Below, piece by piece: positions 1 through 8,812 of a DNA stretch of 64,000 nt. How positions within the stretch are numbered: position 1 is the stretch's first letter; every line of letters begins with the position of its first letter. Source of the stretch: a virus; IMG/VR virus record IMGVR_UViG_3300043446_003158, positions 96,001 through 160,000 of that record; one strand, given 5' to 3'. A program made the position numbers and the translations under genes. The notes under the pieces were generated by a model, which did not search any database, was not told the origin of the DNA, and saw only the letters and a list, made by a program, of their open reading frames with translations.

Positions 1-1478
1 CCCTGAAAATCAATGAGTTCATCAAGACTCCTAACAGCAAGATCACAAAGAACTTGAAGATCTTCGTTATCCCTAATTTTTCCAACGTTAATAGCAGAAA
101 GAATGCAGAGAGCAATTTCACCATCAGGATCGTCAATATGTTGAATAGGTTTAGTTGGTAGAGTAATTTCTTGACACAGATTACTCATCTCTACTTTATC
201 CATAAAAGATGAGTGCGAATTACAATGATCAATATTCATAATGTAAATACGACCAGTTTCTGCACGTTCTTTCAGGAGGTCCAAAAAGAGTTCTTGAGCA
301 CCGATAGTTTTTCTTGGAATAGACTCATCTCGTTCATAAGATACATACAACTCGTCAAATCGATCAGTGCCAAAAGCATCATACAAACCAGGAACGGAGT
401 GGGGAGAGAAGAGTGAAATCTCCTCGTTGCGGATGAAGCGTTCATAGAAGAGTTTAGAGATTTGGATAGAATAGTCTAACTTACGAACACGATTATCTTC
501 GGTTCCTTTGTTATTTTTTAATACTAGGATATCTTCTATTTCTTGGTGCCAGATGGGGAAGTGGACAGTTGCGCTTCCACCTCTAATGCCATTTTGTGTG
601 CAGCATCGGACAGTCGCCTCAAACTTCTTGAGGAAAGGGACAACACCTGTATGTTGAACTTCTCCACCTCTGATTTTACTGTTGATGCCCCTGATTCGAC
701 CTGCGTTGATACCAATTCCTGCTCTTTGTGCAACATAGCGACCAATTGCCATATCAGAGCTGAAGATGCTATCAAGGGTGTCATCAACATCAACAAGAAC
801 GCAACTCGCATATTGACGAAGTGGGGTTCTAACACCTGCCATGATTGGCGTAGGAATGTTGATTTTGTGCTTTGAGATTGCATCGTAGTACTTCCTCACG
901 TAATCTAAACGTGTTTCTTTTGGATACTTGGAGAAGATAGTTGCCGCAATCAGAAGGTACATAAACTGTGGCGTTTCGTAAAGTTCACCAGTGCTTCTAT
1001 CTTGCACGAGGTACTTATCAACGACTTGACGTAGACCTGCGTAAGTGAACAAATAGTCACGACTATGATCAACAAACGACTCAAGTTTATCAAACTCTTC
1101 ATCGGTATAAAGTGTGAGAATTTCGGAGTCATAAACACCTCTACCAACGGCACGAAGTACGTGTTGTTTAACTGTAGGGCAATCATGCATACGCCCAAAC
1201 AACTGCTTACGAAGAGCAAACAAAAGCAAACGAGCAGCAACAAACTGATAGTTTGGATGATCAAGATCAATCAAATCTGAAGCAGAACGAATCAAAATCT
1301 CTTGAATTTCTGCTGTAGTAATACCATCATAAAATTGAATACCCGATTGCATTTCTACTTGAGATGCTGATACACCTGCTAGGTCTTTGCAAGCTTCTTC
1401 AACCATAACATGCAATTTATTCAAATCAAGAGATTCGGTTTTGCCATTTCTCTTAAAAACTTTTGTTCCGTTACTCAT
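1..1478 (-). CDS. nrdA: Ribonucleotide reductase class Ia alpha subunit (3'-truncated by window edge; absent from ORF track)
   Basis: Manual minus-strand translation from ATG at 1478: MSNGTKVFKRNGKTESLDLNKLH (ATP cone)...TPIMAGVRTPLRQYASCVL...MSNLCQEITLP (NLCxEI catalytic motif); open to position 1; ATGA overlap with primase stop. Confidence 0.97.
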   Translation of the reverse strand, partial: MSNGTKVFKRNGKTESLDLNKLHVMVEEACKDLAGVSASQVEMQSGIQFYDGITTAEIQEILIRSASDLIDLDHPNYQFVAARLLLFALRKQLFGRMHDCPTVKQHVLRAVGRGVYDSEILTLYTDEEFDKLESFVDHSRDYLFTYAGLRQVVDKYLVQDRSTGELYETPQFMYLLIAATIFSKYPKETRLDYVRKYYDAISKHKINIPTPIMAGVRTPLRQYASCVLVDVDDTLDSIFSSDMAIGRYVAQRAGIGINAGRIRGINSKIRGGEVQHTGVVPFLKKFEATVRCCTQNGIRGGSATVHFPIWHQEIEDILVLKNNKGTEDNRVRKLDYSIQISKLFYERFIRNEEISLFSPHSVPGLYDAFGTDRFDELYVSYERDESIPRKTIGAQELFLDLLKERAETGRIYIMNIDHCNSHSSFMDKVEMSNLCQEITLPTKPIQHIDDPDGEIALCILSAINVGKIRDNEDLQVLCDLAVRSLDELIDFQ

Positions 1479-2473
1479 ACCTTCTTCCAATTGTTAAACT
1501 TAATTTTTGCTTCTAAACCTGTGTATGTATTTGATTTTAACATATCCATAACATTAAGTCCAGCAAGAACCATATCATTAATGTCTTTTTGCTGAATGTT
1601 ATTTGGCCAAATAATTACCTTATGGTTTTGTCGTATGGTTTTAGCAATACGCTCGACGATTTGTTTGTTGCGTGGTTCGTTATCATAAACCCAAACAGGA
1701 TCGTAAAAATTCCAGTTACTAATATCAACATCAGCTCCGCACATAGCAATTGAGTTGCAAATGAACGTGGAGTCGAATGGTCCTTCTGTAATGTAGACTG
1801 TTTCATTTTTCTTTACTGTGTTCAATCCGTAAATTTTTGGTACATCATCATAAAGCATTACGGTGATGTATTTATTTGCCGAAGGACCAAGTGCTCTTCC
1901 TTGAAATCCTATTAAATTATTTTCCTCATCATACATCGGTATAATAATGCGACTTTCATCTTTATGAATAGTATCAAATGTTAATTTTTGAGTATTTGTC
2001 CATTCTTTAAATTTGTGAGCAAAGTAAAACTTTTCAGGATTTAATTTTCTCTTTTCCAAATATTCTTTGGCAACTGGAACTTCTGATGCTTTGGGCAAGT
2101 CTAACTTTTTCAGGTTTTTGGAATTTTCACGTTTTGTGAAAAAGTCTGGTTTTTGAAAATTAAACTTGGGTTCTTCAACTACAAAGTTTCTGCCCGTATG
2201 TCCTTCTTTAAATTTTTCTAACGTATATTGTTTATGCAGTTCAGAATCTAACTCTTTTAAAAAATTATTAAAAGATAAACTTGCTCCACAATTATGACAC
2301 TTAAAGTTTGTGTTGTTCTTTACAGGGTAAATATATCCCCTGGTTTTGTTTTTGTTCTTTTGAGAGTCACCACAAAGAGGGCATCGGAAGTTGTAGAGAT
2401 CTGCCTTAACTCTTTTGAATTTTTGTAAACGCGACGAAACAAGACCAATGTACTTGGAATCAATAAAATCCAT
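1475..2473 (-). CDS. gp61: T4 gp61-like DNA primase
   Basis: N-terminal Zn ribbon (CPLCGDS...CHNC), TOPRIM motifs YITEGPFDS and VYDNE, KDIND. Confidence 0.95.
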   Translation of the reverse strand: MDFIDSKYIGLVSSRLQKFKRVKADLYNFRCPLCGDSQKNKNKTRGYIYPVKNNTNFKCHNCGASLSFNNFLKELDSELHKQYTLEKFKEGHTGRNFVVEEPKFNFQKPDFFTKRENSKNLKKLDLPKASEVPVAKEYLEKRKLNPEKFYFAHKFKEWTNTQKLTFDTIHKDESRIIIPMYDEENNLIGFQGRALGPSANKYITVMLYDDVPKIYGLNTVKKNETVYITEGPFDSTFICNSIAMCGADVDISNWNFYDPVWVYDNEPRNKQIVERIAKTIRQNHKVIIWPNNIQQKDINDMVLAGLNVMDMLKSNTYTGLEAKIKFNNWKKV

Positions 2474-2483
2474 TATCAGAAAA

Positions 2484-2840
2484 TCACTTCGTGCGCTCTA
2501 TTGTAGCAGAGCTTGGAACGTTGGTCAACATCCTGGGAACAAATGCATTTATAATTCCAATCAGAGCAACAATTACTGCAATTACTCCTCCAGCTTGCCA
2601 TCTAAATTTATATAAACCATCTACTTTACCTTCTATATCTTCTACTTTCTTACAAAGATCTCCATCATCTTTACCACATTGATCTATTCTTTCATCATGT
2701 ACAGCAAGCATTTTACAAATATTTTGATTAGTTTCACTTAAGGTTTGAATTGCAGTATCAACCTTTTCAATAATCTGTTCATGAGCTTTAAATCTTTCTT
2801 GCAACACCGCTAGTTGTATTTTAGATTCGTTGCTGAACAT
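2484..2840 (-). CDS. Coiled-coil protein with one C-terminal transmembrane helix
   Basis: Heptad-rich N-terminus; hydrophobic WQAGGVIAVIVALIGIINAFV near C-terminus. Confidence 0.75.
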   Translation of the reverse strand: MFSNESKIQLAVLQERFKAHEQIIEKVDTAIQTLSETNQNICKMLAVHDERIDQCGKDDGDLCKKVEDIEGKVDGLYKFRWQAGGVIAVIVALIGIINAFVPRMLTNVPSSATIERTK

Positions 2841-2841
2841 T

Positions 2842-3075
2842 TTATTTCCCCTTTAAGAAATCTAACCAGGGTTTTCTAGACCTATATCCACCTGTAGCAT
2901 AATTTCCTCTACGTTGAGTTTTTCCAAGTTTTGGAGTGATACCTGCATTTGGTCCTTGTGCTGGTGATTTTTCACTATATCCAGCAATAGGGCCAGAACT
3001 TCCAGTTGTCATTCCACCAACAACTGCATCTTCTTTTAATTCTCTAATTATTTTTATAATTCTTTCTATGTCCAT
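2842..3075 (-). CDS. Small Gly-rich protein, possible internal head protein
   Basis: Tightly packed ORF; amphipathic N-helix ending LKE then Gly-rich DAVVGGMTTGSSG, similar in pattern and position to T4 61.1 as recalled. Confidence 0.7.
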   Translation of the reverse strand: MDIERIIKIIRELKEDAVVGGMTTGSSGPIAGYSEKSPAQGPNAGITPKLGKTQRRGNYATGGYRSRKPWLDFLKGK

Positions 3076-3446
3076 TAGATGTAATTTAAAACAGAACTAC
3101 AATATTCATCTTCATCTACTTCATTAAGTCTAGTTTTAGGATATTCTGGAATTCTATTTAAAAATATCAAAAAACTTTTTAAAGAAGGCCAAAGATCTTT
3201 TTCTAAATTATAAAACAAAAGAGGAACAGCAGCATCATCAAAAACATTAAAAAGAACTGTTAGGTGATTTAGTAAAAGATGAGATTTTAGAATCCCATCT
3301 TTTTTATATTTTCTCAACAACTTTTTGATATAGCGAATTCTTTTCAAATCTTCATCAAAATCTTCCTTGGTCACCGCTTGGGGATTGTTATAAAATTTTA
3401 TAGCAAAGAGTAAATAATTACTCTCATTCAACTCATCAAATCTCAT
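3075..3446 (-). CDS. Conserved T4-like phage hypothetical protein
   Basis: 123-aa ORF overlapping neighbour; LLLNHLTVLFNVF pattern typical of cyanomyovirus core hypotheticals. Confidence 0.75.
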   Translation of the reverse strand: MRFDELNESNYLLFAIKFYNNPQAVTKEDFDEDLKRIRYIKKLLRKYKKDGILKSHLLLNHLTVLFNVFDDAAVPLLFYNLEKDLWPSLKSFLIFLNRIPEYPKTRLNEVDEDEYCSSVLNYI

Positions 3447-3452
3447 ATATTA

Positions 3453-4052
3453 TCAAGTATCTGGGAATCTAGCGTCGTCTACATTATCATTTTGAATTCC
3501 ACCATTTCCAGCAGAATCTTTGCCCATAGCAACTAGAGTTTCAGACTTAACTCTCAAATTACCATGACAATCAACATAAGTTGTTACACCAACCCAACCA
3601 GCATGTCCAACACCAAAAGCACCTGCTTTACCACCAAAAGTTGTGGTTCTAGCAACATCTGCTTCTGCAGTATCAACACCAAAAACAGTTCTTGTTAAAG
3701 GATTTGCAGAGAAACCAGATGTTCTTACTTCTGGTGCCTGGTATGTAACGTTTTCCAGTGAAGAAATTGGTCTTTGTGTAATATAATAAGATGCTGCAGT
3801 AATAATTCCAGTTGTTGGATGTGGAATTAGATATTGAGTAGTAGCAACAGATGCAACTGTATTACTAGTAACCGATGATATTACTGCATGACCATAAGTG
3901 GCACCAGCGCCAACAACAATAACATCACCCTCATTAACTTCAAATCCAGAGGTTGAAAAAGTAGTTCCAGTTCCAGTAACAACTTCTGAAGAAAGGTTTA
4001 TCCAAACAGTTCCACCATTTCCGACTAGATCTTTATTGCCCCAAAGAGCCAT
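3453..4052 (-). CDS. Putative virion structural protein
   Basis: Thr/Gly/Val-rich beta-type composition, MALWG start, TATAAATA late promoter at 4083-4090. Confidence 0.7.
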   Translation of the reverse strand: MALWGNKDLVGNGGTVWINLSSEVVTGTGTTFSTSGFEVNEGDVIVVGAGATYGHAVISSVTSNTVASVATTQYLIPHPTTGIITAASYYITQRPISSLENVTYQAPEVRTSGFSANPLTRTVFGVDTAEADVARTTTFGGKAGAFGVGHAGWVGVTTYVDCHGNLRVKSETLVAMGKDSAGNGGIQNDNVDDARFPDT

Positions 4053-4082
4053 GTGCCTTACCTATAATTCTTTTTCTATTGA

Positions 4083-4117
4083 TATTTATAAAAAAAGGAG
4101 ACCTTTGTCTGGTCTCC
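4083..4117 (-). terminator. Intrinsic terminator fused to a T4 late promoter
   Basis: Minus strand GGAGACC-AGACAAA-GGTCTCC-TTTTTTT; the last T starts TATAAATA (4090-4083). Confidence 0.8.
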
Positions 4118-4144
4118 CATGTTTTTGGTTTTCTAATGAGATTT

Positions 4145-5428
4145 TTAAACTCCTTTATCAGCACCGCTCTTGGTTTTGTGACTCTTATATCCTTTATTTT
4201 TCATAAACCAAGCAAGAGCATAAATGTTCTTATCTTTACCTTCTGAAGTTTTTCCTTTAGAAAGTTCGGGATACTTCTTCATCGCTTTAACAGTTCCTTC
4301 AAATCCTGGAGGAGCAACTTCCTGAATATCATCACCCTCTTGAGTATTATCTTCAGAATAATTTAAAGGAAGTCTACCAGATCTTTGCAATTGCATCGTT
4401 TGACGCTGGCGAGTGAGTGCCATTTGAACTTGCTGCTGTCTTAATTTGAGTTTTTTCTTTGCTTCTTCATCTTCTGGTTTTTTTGTAGCAACTGGAGGTT
4501 CAGCCTGCTCCATCGTTGGTTTTGTATTAATGTATTTTGAATTATTAACTCCTTCACCAGTAATAGCATCGCTAGAATTTTTTTTCTTTGCTTTTTTTGC
4601 TTCACCAATATATTCTTCTTTTTTTACTTCTCCTTTTTCCCAACCAATACCATCACCATCATCATCCCACCATCTTTTTACTTTAGGTTTTACTTTACTT
4701 TTCTTCTTCTCATCAAGCATTTCACCTTCTAATTCATAAGAAGCAGAAACAGTTCCTCTTTTTTTAATAGCATTACCTATTGCAGCACGACGCTTTAGAA
4801 GATACTTATCATTTTTATCTCTACTTGCTGGAATACCATCATTATCAAGATCACCCTTTGGATCTTCTTTACCAACAGGATCTAATCCTTTACCTGCTTT
4901 TACTTTTGCAGTTTTTTGTCCTTTAGTATCATCCTTATTTTCTTTTGGATGATACCCAGTCATTTCAACTCTTCTAATATTTGGATTTGAGCGAAGCTCT
5001 GCCATTTTTGCACGAGTTGCTTTACGACGATAAGTATTTCCAGTTTTCTTATCAGTAACAACTACCCAATATTGCTTTTCATCACCTTCGGTTATATCTT
5101 CGGTTTCTTCAGAATTAACACCCTCAACAAACACTTTAACAAGAGCATTTACTGTAGATTTTCTTGCAAGTTCAGGAATTCCATATTGTTCCGAAACACC
5201 AATTTTAAGTTTTTTTCTTGCAAGTGCTTTTACTGTTGATGGTGCTGGCGATGAAGCAAGTTGCCTCTCATATGCCTGTGCAACTTGAGCAGGATTCATG
5301 TCTGTATGTGAACCCATTTTTTCTTTAACTTTAAGTTTAACATCAGATGCTAACTGCGATGCCTGCTTCTCAACATCAGTATCTCCAGCAGCATGTCCAC
5401 GATGAGGACCACCTATATTTACAGCCAT
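4145..5428 (-). CDS. Lys/Glu-rich modular protein, putative internal head polyprotein
   Basis: 427 aa; basic modules separated by acidic linkers ending in [ILV]xE; two DxDxDG motifs; AATAAATA at 5460-5467. Confidence 0.7.
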   Translation of the reverse strand: MAVNIGGPHRGHAAGDTDVEKQASQLASDVKLKVKEKMGSHTDMNPAQVAQAYERQLASSPAPSTVKALARKKLKIGVSEQYGIPELARKSTVNALVKVFVEGVNSEETEDITEGDEKQYWVVVTDKKTGNTYRRKATRAKMAELRSNPNIRRVEMTGYHPKENKDDTKGQKTAKVKAGKGLDPVGKEDPKGDLDNDGIPASRDKNDKYLLKRRAAIGNAIKKRGTVSASYELEGEMLDEKKKSKVKPKVKRWWDDDGDGIGWEKGEVKKEEYIGEAKKAKKKNSSDAITGEGVNNSKYINTKPTMEQAEPPVATKKPEDEEAKKKLKLRQQQVQMALTRQRQTMQLQRSGRLPLNYSEDNTQEGDDIQEVAPPGFEGTVKAMKKYPELSKGKTSEGKDKNIYALAWFMKNKGYKSHKTKSGADKGV

Positions 5429-5465
5429 GGAATTTTTGTAATTTACTTTTTTCTATACTTATTTA

Positions 5466-5903
5466 TTAATTACCAGTTGTTTCAATAACATCTTTGATCC
5501 ATGATTTAAACATAACACTATCTTCAGTTACACAGATTAAATGATTTGTTCCTCTGCGAATTATTTTTCCAGTCATCCCAGTAATTAAACTTTGTACAAA
5601 ATCACCCTCTTTAAATATTTCGCCACTAATATACTTTTCTCTCAATTCCTGTTCACCAATTACTGGAGAATTTTGAGAAGTTTTTATTGATAAATTTTTT
5701 TCTTTGGATGTTTGTCTAGGGTCTTGCTGCCCAAACCGTTGCCTTTTATTATAAAACTGTAGTCTACCACCTATAGTTTTTGCTTCAAATTCTCCTGTTT
5801 TGTTATTATGCCAATCCCCATGCCCATTTCCAACAAGACCTAATCTTTTTGCATGAAAAGATGCTAGAGATGCTTCTTCTAAAAATTGAGAAAAACTTTT
5901 CAT
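5466..5903 (-). CDS. N- and C-terminal modules of the cyanophage cytidylyltransferase-like protein, catalytic core absent
   Basis: MKSFSQFLEE..LGLVGNGHGDW N-terminus and LREKY..IIRRGTNHLICVTED..FKSWIKDV C-terminus, but only 145 aa and no HxGH motif. Confidence 0.65.
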   Translation of the reverse strand: MKSFSQFLEEASLASFHAKRLGLVGNGHGDWHNNKTGEFEAKTIGGRLQFYNKRQRFGQQDPRQTSKEKNLSIKTSQNSPVIGEQELREKYISGEIFKEGDFVQSLITGMTGKIIRRGTNHLICVTEDSVMFKSWIKDVIETTGN

Positions 5904-6133
5904 TACTTATGTTTACAAATTTTAGAGGTTATTACTTTTTCATTTGCCATTATGTATTCTAAAACACCAAACCTCATCTTTTTATATTTATTCTTTATTT
6001 TTTCTGTCTTGCAAGTTTTTATTTTATCGTCAAAAGTTTTATAAACGTGAGTAATAAAATCTTTATATTTTGCTGTAGACGTTTTAGATTTAGTTTCAAA
6101 TGAATTAATAATGTCCGAAATTATTGAATTCAT
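5903..6133 (-). CDS. Small basic hypothetical protein (start corrected to 6133)
   Basis: The ORF-track start at 6232 runs through the tRNA-Leu; ATG at 6133 (MNSIISD) lies just downstream of CTAAATA at 6151-6157. Confidence 0.65.
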   Translation of the reverse strand: MNSIISDIINSFETKSKTSTAKYKDFITHVYKTFDDKIKTCKTEKIKNKYKKMRFGVLEYIMANEKVITSKICKHK

Positions 6134-6157
6134 ATCAAACTTTTTATTTTTATTTAG

Positions 6158-6230
6158 TGCCCGTGAGAAGATTTGAACTTCCACTGTATGGATTCTAAGT
6201 CCACCCTCTCTACCGTTGGAGTACACGGGC
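6158..6230 (-). tRNA. trnL-UAG: tRNA-Leu(UAG) with short variable loop
   Basis: GCCCGTG/CACGGGC acceptor + A73; D-arm CTC..AACGGTAG..GAG; anticodon arm GTGGA-CTTAGAA-TCCAT; 5-nt variable region ACAGT; T-arm GGAAG-TTCAAAT-CTTCT; no encoded CCA. Confidence 0.9.
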
Positions 6231-6233
6231 AAA

Positions 6234-6304
6234 TGGAGAATAGGAGAATCGAACTCCTAATAAGTGCTTGCAAAGCACCCGTTATACCGTTTAACTAATT
6301 CCCC
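6234..6304 (-). tRNA. trnA-UGC: tRNA-Ala(UGC)
   Basis: Acceptor GGGGAAT/ATTCTCC with G3:U70 Ala identity pair; anticodon arm GGTGC-TTTGCAA-GCACT; T-arm TAGGAG-TTCGATT-CTCCTA; no encoded CCA. Confidence 0.93.
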
Positions 6305-6307
6305 AGT

Positions 6308-6330
6308 AAACCCCGAAGGGTTATTTATTT
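6308..6330 (-). promoter_or_regulatory. Late promoter-like AATAAATA and C(UUCG)G hairpin upstream of the tRNAs
   Basis: Minus strand AATAAATAAATAA-CCC-TTCG-GGG-TTT directly 5' of tRNA-Ala. Confidence 0.6.
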
Positions 6331-6844
6331 ATTTTCCCCAAATTTGAATAGTACATCTCATATCTTCACAATGTGGAGATACTTGAGTTACAAAATGTTC
6401 TTGAGTTTCATCATTTAAAACTAGCATATTTTGTTTTGGAAGAATTGCTTTGAAAAAATTTTCTGGGCACTCATCATCTTTCCAAACAAATAAACCACCA
6501 TCACTAGTAGAACTAGGAGTATTCAAATATAAAGTTGCTCCAAATTTATATTTGGCATCAGAGTGCGATGAAATTGCGGAATATGGGTGCCAAATATAAT
6601 ATTGAAATAGTAGTTCGTCATAAGAAAACTCTTTAAATATTGAACTTAATTCAATTTTAAGATCTTCTAATATTTGTTTATTATCTAATGGTGTCACAGT
6701 ACAAACACCATCAACATTAACCATTATATTCTCTTCCCAAAAAAAATGATTAGATCTCCAACACGATTTTTTTGTTTTTTCTATAACATCATTCCTACAG
6801 GCATTAAAAAGACGATCAGATAAAACTTCTTCGTAAATTTTCAT
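6329..6844 (-). CDS. 2OG-Fe(II) oxygenase (prolyl-4-hydroxylase-like)
   Basis: HxD (SSHSD), TLYLN, GGLFVW, distal H (EHFVTQV) and RxT (RCTIQIW). Confidence 0.85.
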   Translation of the reverse strand: MKIYEEVLSDRLFNACRNDVIEKTKKSCWRSNHFFWEENIMVNVDGVCTVTPLDNKQILEDLKIELSSIFKEFSYDELLFQYYIWHPYSAISSHSDAKYKFGATLYLNTPSSTSDGGLFVWKDDECPENFFKAILPKQNMLVLNDETQEHFVTQVSPHCEDMRCTIQIWGK

Positions 6845-7023
6845 TGTACTTGCTTTTCAATTTCAGAATCTAGATTATAAATTACAGCACGAATATCAGA
6901 AATCCTAGGAGGAACACTTACCTCATCATAGGTATATCTTTTTTGTGCATCAAAAAGAATTTGCCGAACTGCAGCAGCAGAACGAACATCCATTTTAATT
7001 GTTACTTGTTTTTCTTTAGTCAT
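6841..7023 (-). CDS. Conserved hypothetical protein
   Basis: 60-aa ORF with 4-nt overlaps at both ends. Confidence 0.7.
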   Translation of the reverse strand: MTKEKQVTIKMDVRSAAAVRQILFDAQKRYTYDEVSVPPRISDIRAVIYNLDSEIEKQVQ

Positions 7024-7436
7024 CGGTCGTCAGCAGCACGGTTTTCGGAGAAGTAAACATCAAAAGCACCTTCAGGATAACGCTTCAGAAGTTTTTGAAC
7101 ATTACGAGCAACTACATCATCAAGAGTTACTTCAAGTGCCATACAGGCTTGAGCAACATACCACATAATATCACCAAGTTCAATAATCAAATGTTCACGA
7201 TTATCTTCATTAAAAGGTTTGCCCTGGAAAATCATTTTTTTAACAATCTCCATAAACTCACCACCTTCGGCATTAATACCAACAGCAGAAGTTAGAAGAC
7301 GTTCAATATTTGCACCTTTCTCATCAAGAGCAACTAGGCGATCAGAAAGAGAAAGAAAGTCTTTAGATGCATCAGAAGTTACAGCATCTACAAACTCTGC
7401 GTACTTATTAAAATCAACGTGTTTTGCAGTTTCCAT
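7020..7436 (-). CDS. mazG: MazG-like NTP pyrophosphohydrolase
   Basis: GINAEGGEFMEIVKK and IELGDIMWY acidic motifs, NVQKLLKRYP. Confidence 0.92.
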   Translation of the reverse strand: METAKHVDFNKYAEFVDAVTSDASKDFLSLSDRLVALDEKGANIERLLTSAVGINAEGGEFMEIVKKMIFQGKPFNEDNREHLIIELGDIMWYVAQACMALEVTLDDVVARNVQKLLKRYPEGAFDVYFSENRAADDR

Positions 7437-8812
7437 TAAAATTTAAATCCTTCAAACGACTTTTTAGGTTTCTGTTCTTCATAATTATACTCTTCATCTT
7501 GTCCAGAGTCAAGTATATCTTTTTGTGCAGTTTGCTCACAATCATACAGTCTCATTTTAGCACGGTCAATACCAACAATAAATCGTTTATAAATTGTGGG
7601 GTCATTATAACGATTTTTAAGTTGTTTTACCATAATCTGCCCAAGTCCTTCCAACTCTTCAGTACTAATAAGGGCAAACATAAGATCAGCAGTAGCAGGG
7701 AGACCAAAGGACTCGCTAGTATCAGTAAGTTCAACATCGCTATTGCCATAACCTGAACGAGTGGTTTGAGTAGCAGATACGATTGGTACGTTGAACTCAA
7801 CTGCAAGTCCCCGTAACTCTTCAGCAATTGCTTTAATATACGAATATGAATTGACAGAAAGGTTTGACTTATACCTGCTGGAAGCACAAATATTAAGGTA
7901 ATCAATGAAAATAATATCAGGTCTAAATGACTTCTTAAGTGCAAGTTCATTAAGAAGTGATTTAAAGTGTCCACTATGTGCAGATGCTGTAGGATATTCT
8001 TTAATTATAAGAGTTCCTTGTGTTTTCTTTGCAAGATTTGTAACCTTGTTTTCAAACATCTGGCGAGGAAGTTCTACTAATTGTTGAATTGGAACATTTA
8101 AAAGGTTTGCATCAATACGTTCAGCAATTTTCTCCTCTGCCATCTCCAGTGTAATGTAAAGCACATTACGTCCGTCAAGCACACAGGAGCTAGCCATATG
8201 ACACATGAAAAGAGACTTACCAACACCTGTCCCAGCAAGAGCGATGTTAAGAGTCTTGTTAGGAAGACCACCTTTCGTAATTTTGTTAAAATATTCCAAA
8301 TCAAACGGAATACGATTTTCTTTTCTGTGATAAGACTCATATCGTTCCTCATAATCTTGTAAGTAATCATGACCAATATGATTATCAAAAGATACTGCTA
8401 GAGCATTTGAAAGAATGCTTGGAATAGCATCTCTATTCTTCTTTTCATCATTACCATCTGCAATATGGATTGATTCCATAAGAGCGAGATAGATTGCACG
8501 ATCACGACACCACTTTTCAGTAGTATCAAGCAACCATCTTTCATCTACAATAGAATCGTGAAGTGATTTAGAAATTTCTCTAATTTCTTTGACTTCACTA
8601 TCTGATAAATCTGTACGATTTTCAATTTCAATATTAAGTGCCTCAAGTGTAATTGAGGAACCATATTTAACGATAAAATTTACAACTTCTTGAAAAACTA
8701 CTTTTTCTGTTCTTTGTTCAAAATAATTTGGTTGAATAAAAGGAATTACTTTCCTAGAATAATTTTCATTAAATACAAGGTTTCGCAGAATAGTAGTTTC
8801 AATTCGTTCCAT
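7436..8812 (-). CDS. gp41: T4 gp41-like replicative helicase
   Basis: Walker [36 protein letters not shown]; probable start MERIETT at 8812. Confidence 0.96.
   Translation of the reverse strand: MERIETTILRNLVFNENYSRKVIPFIQPNYFEQRTEKVVFQEVVNFIVKYGSSITLEALNIEIENRTDLSDSEVKEIREISKSLHDSIVDERWLLDTTEKWCRDRAIYLALMESIHIADGNDEKKNRDAIPSILSNALAVSFDNHIGHDYLQDYEERYESYHRKENRIPFDLEYFNKITKGGLPNKTLNIALAGTGVGKSLFMCHMASSCVLDGRNVLYITLEMAEEKIAERIDANLLNVPIQQLVELPRQMFENKVTNLAKKTQGTLIIKEYPTASAHSGHFKSLLNELALKKSFRPDIIFIDYLNICASSRYKSNLSVNSYSYIKAIAEELRGLAVEFNVPIVSATQTTRSGYGNSDVELTDTSESFGLPATADLMFALISTEELEGLGQIMVKQLKNRYNDPTIYKRFIVGIDRAKMRLYDCEQTAQKDILDSGQDEEYNYEEQKPKKSFEGFKF

Noticed and set aside
213-1595. Short ORFs 213..416, 536..883, 543..875, 950..1270, 1065..1280, 1410..1595
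   Set aside because: All overlap the nrdA frame that the track missed because it has no stop in the window
6134-6232. N-terminal extension of the 109-aa ORF
   Set aside because: It is the translation of the tRNA-Leu gene
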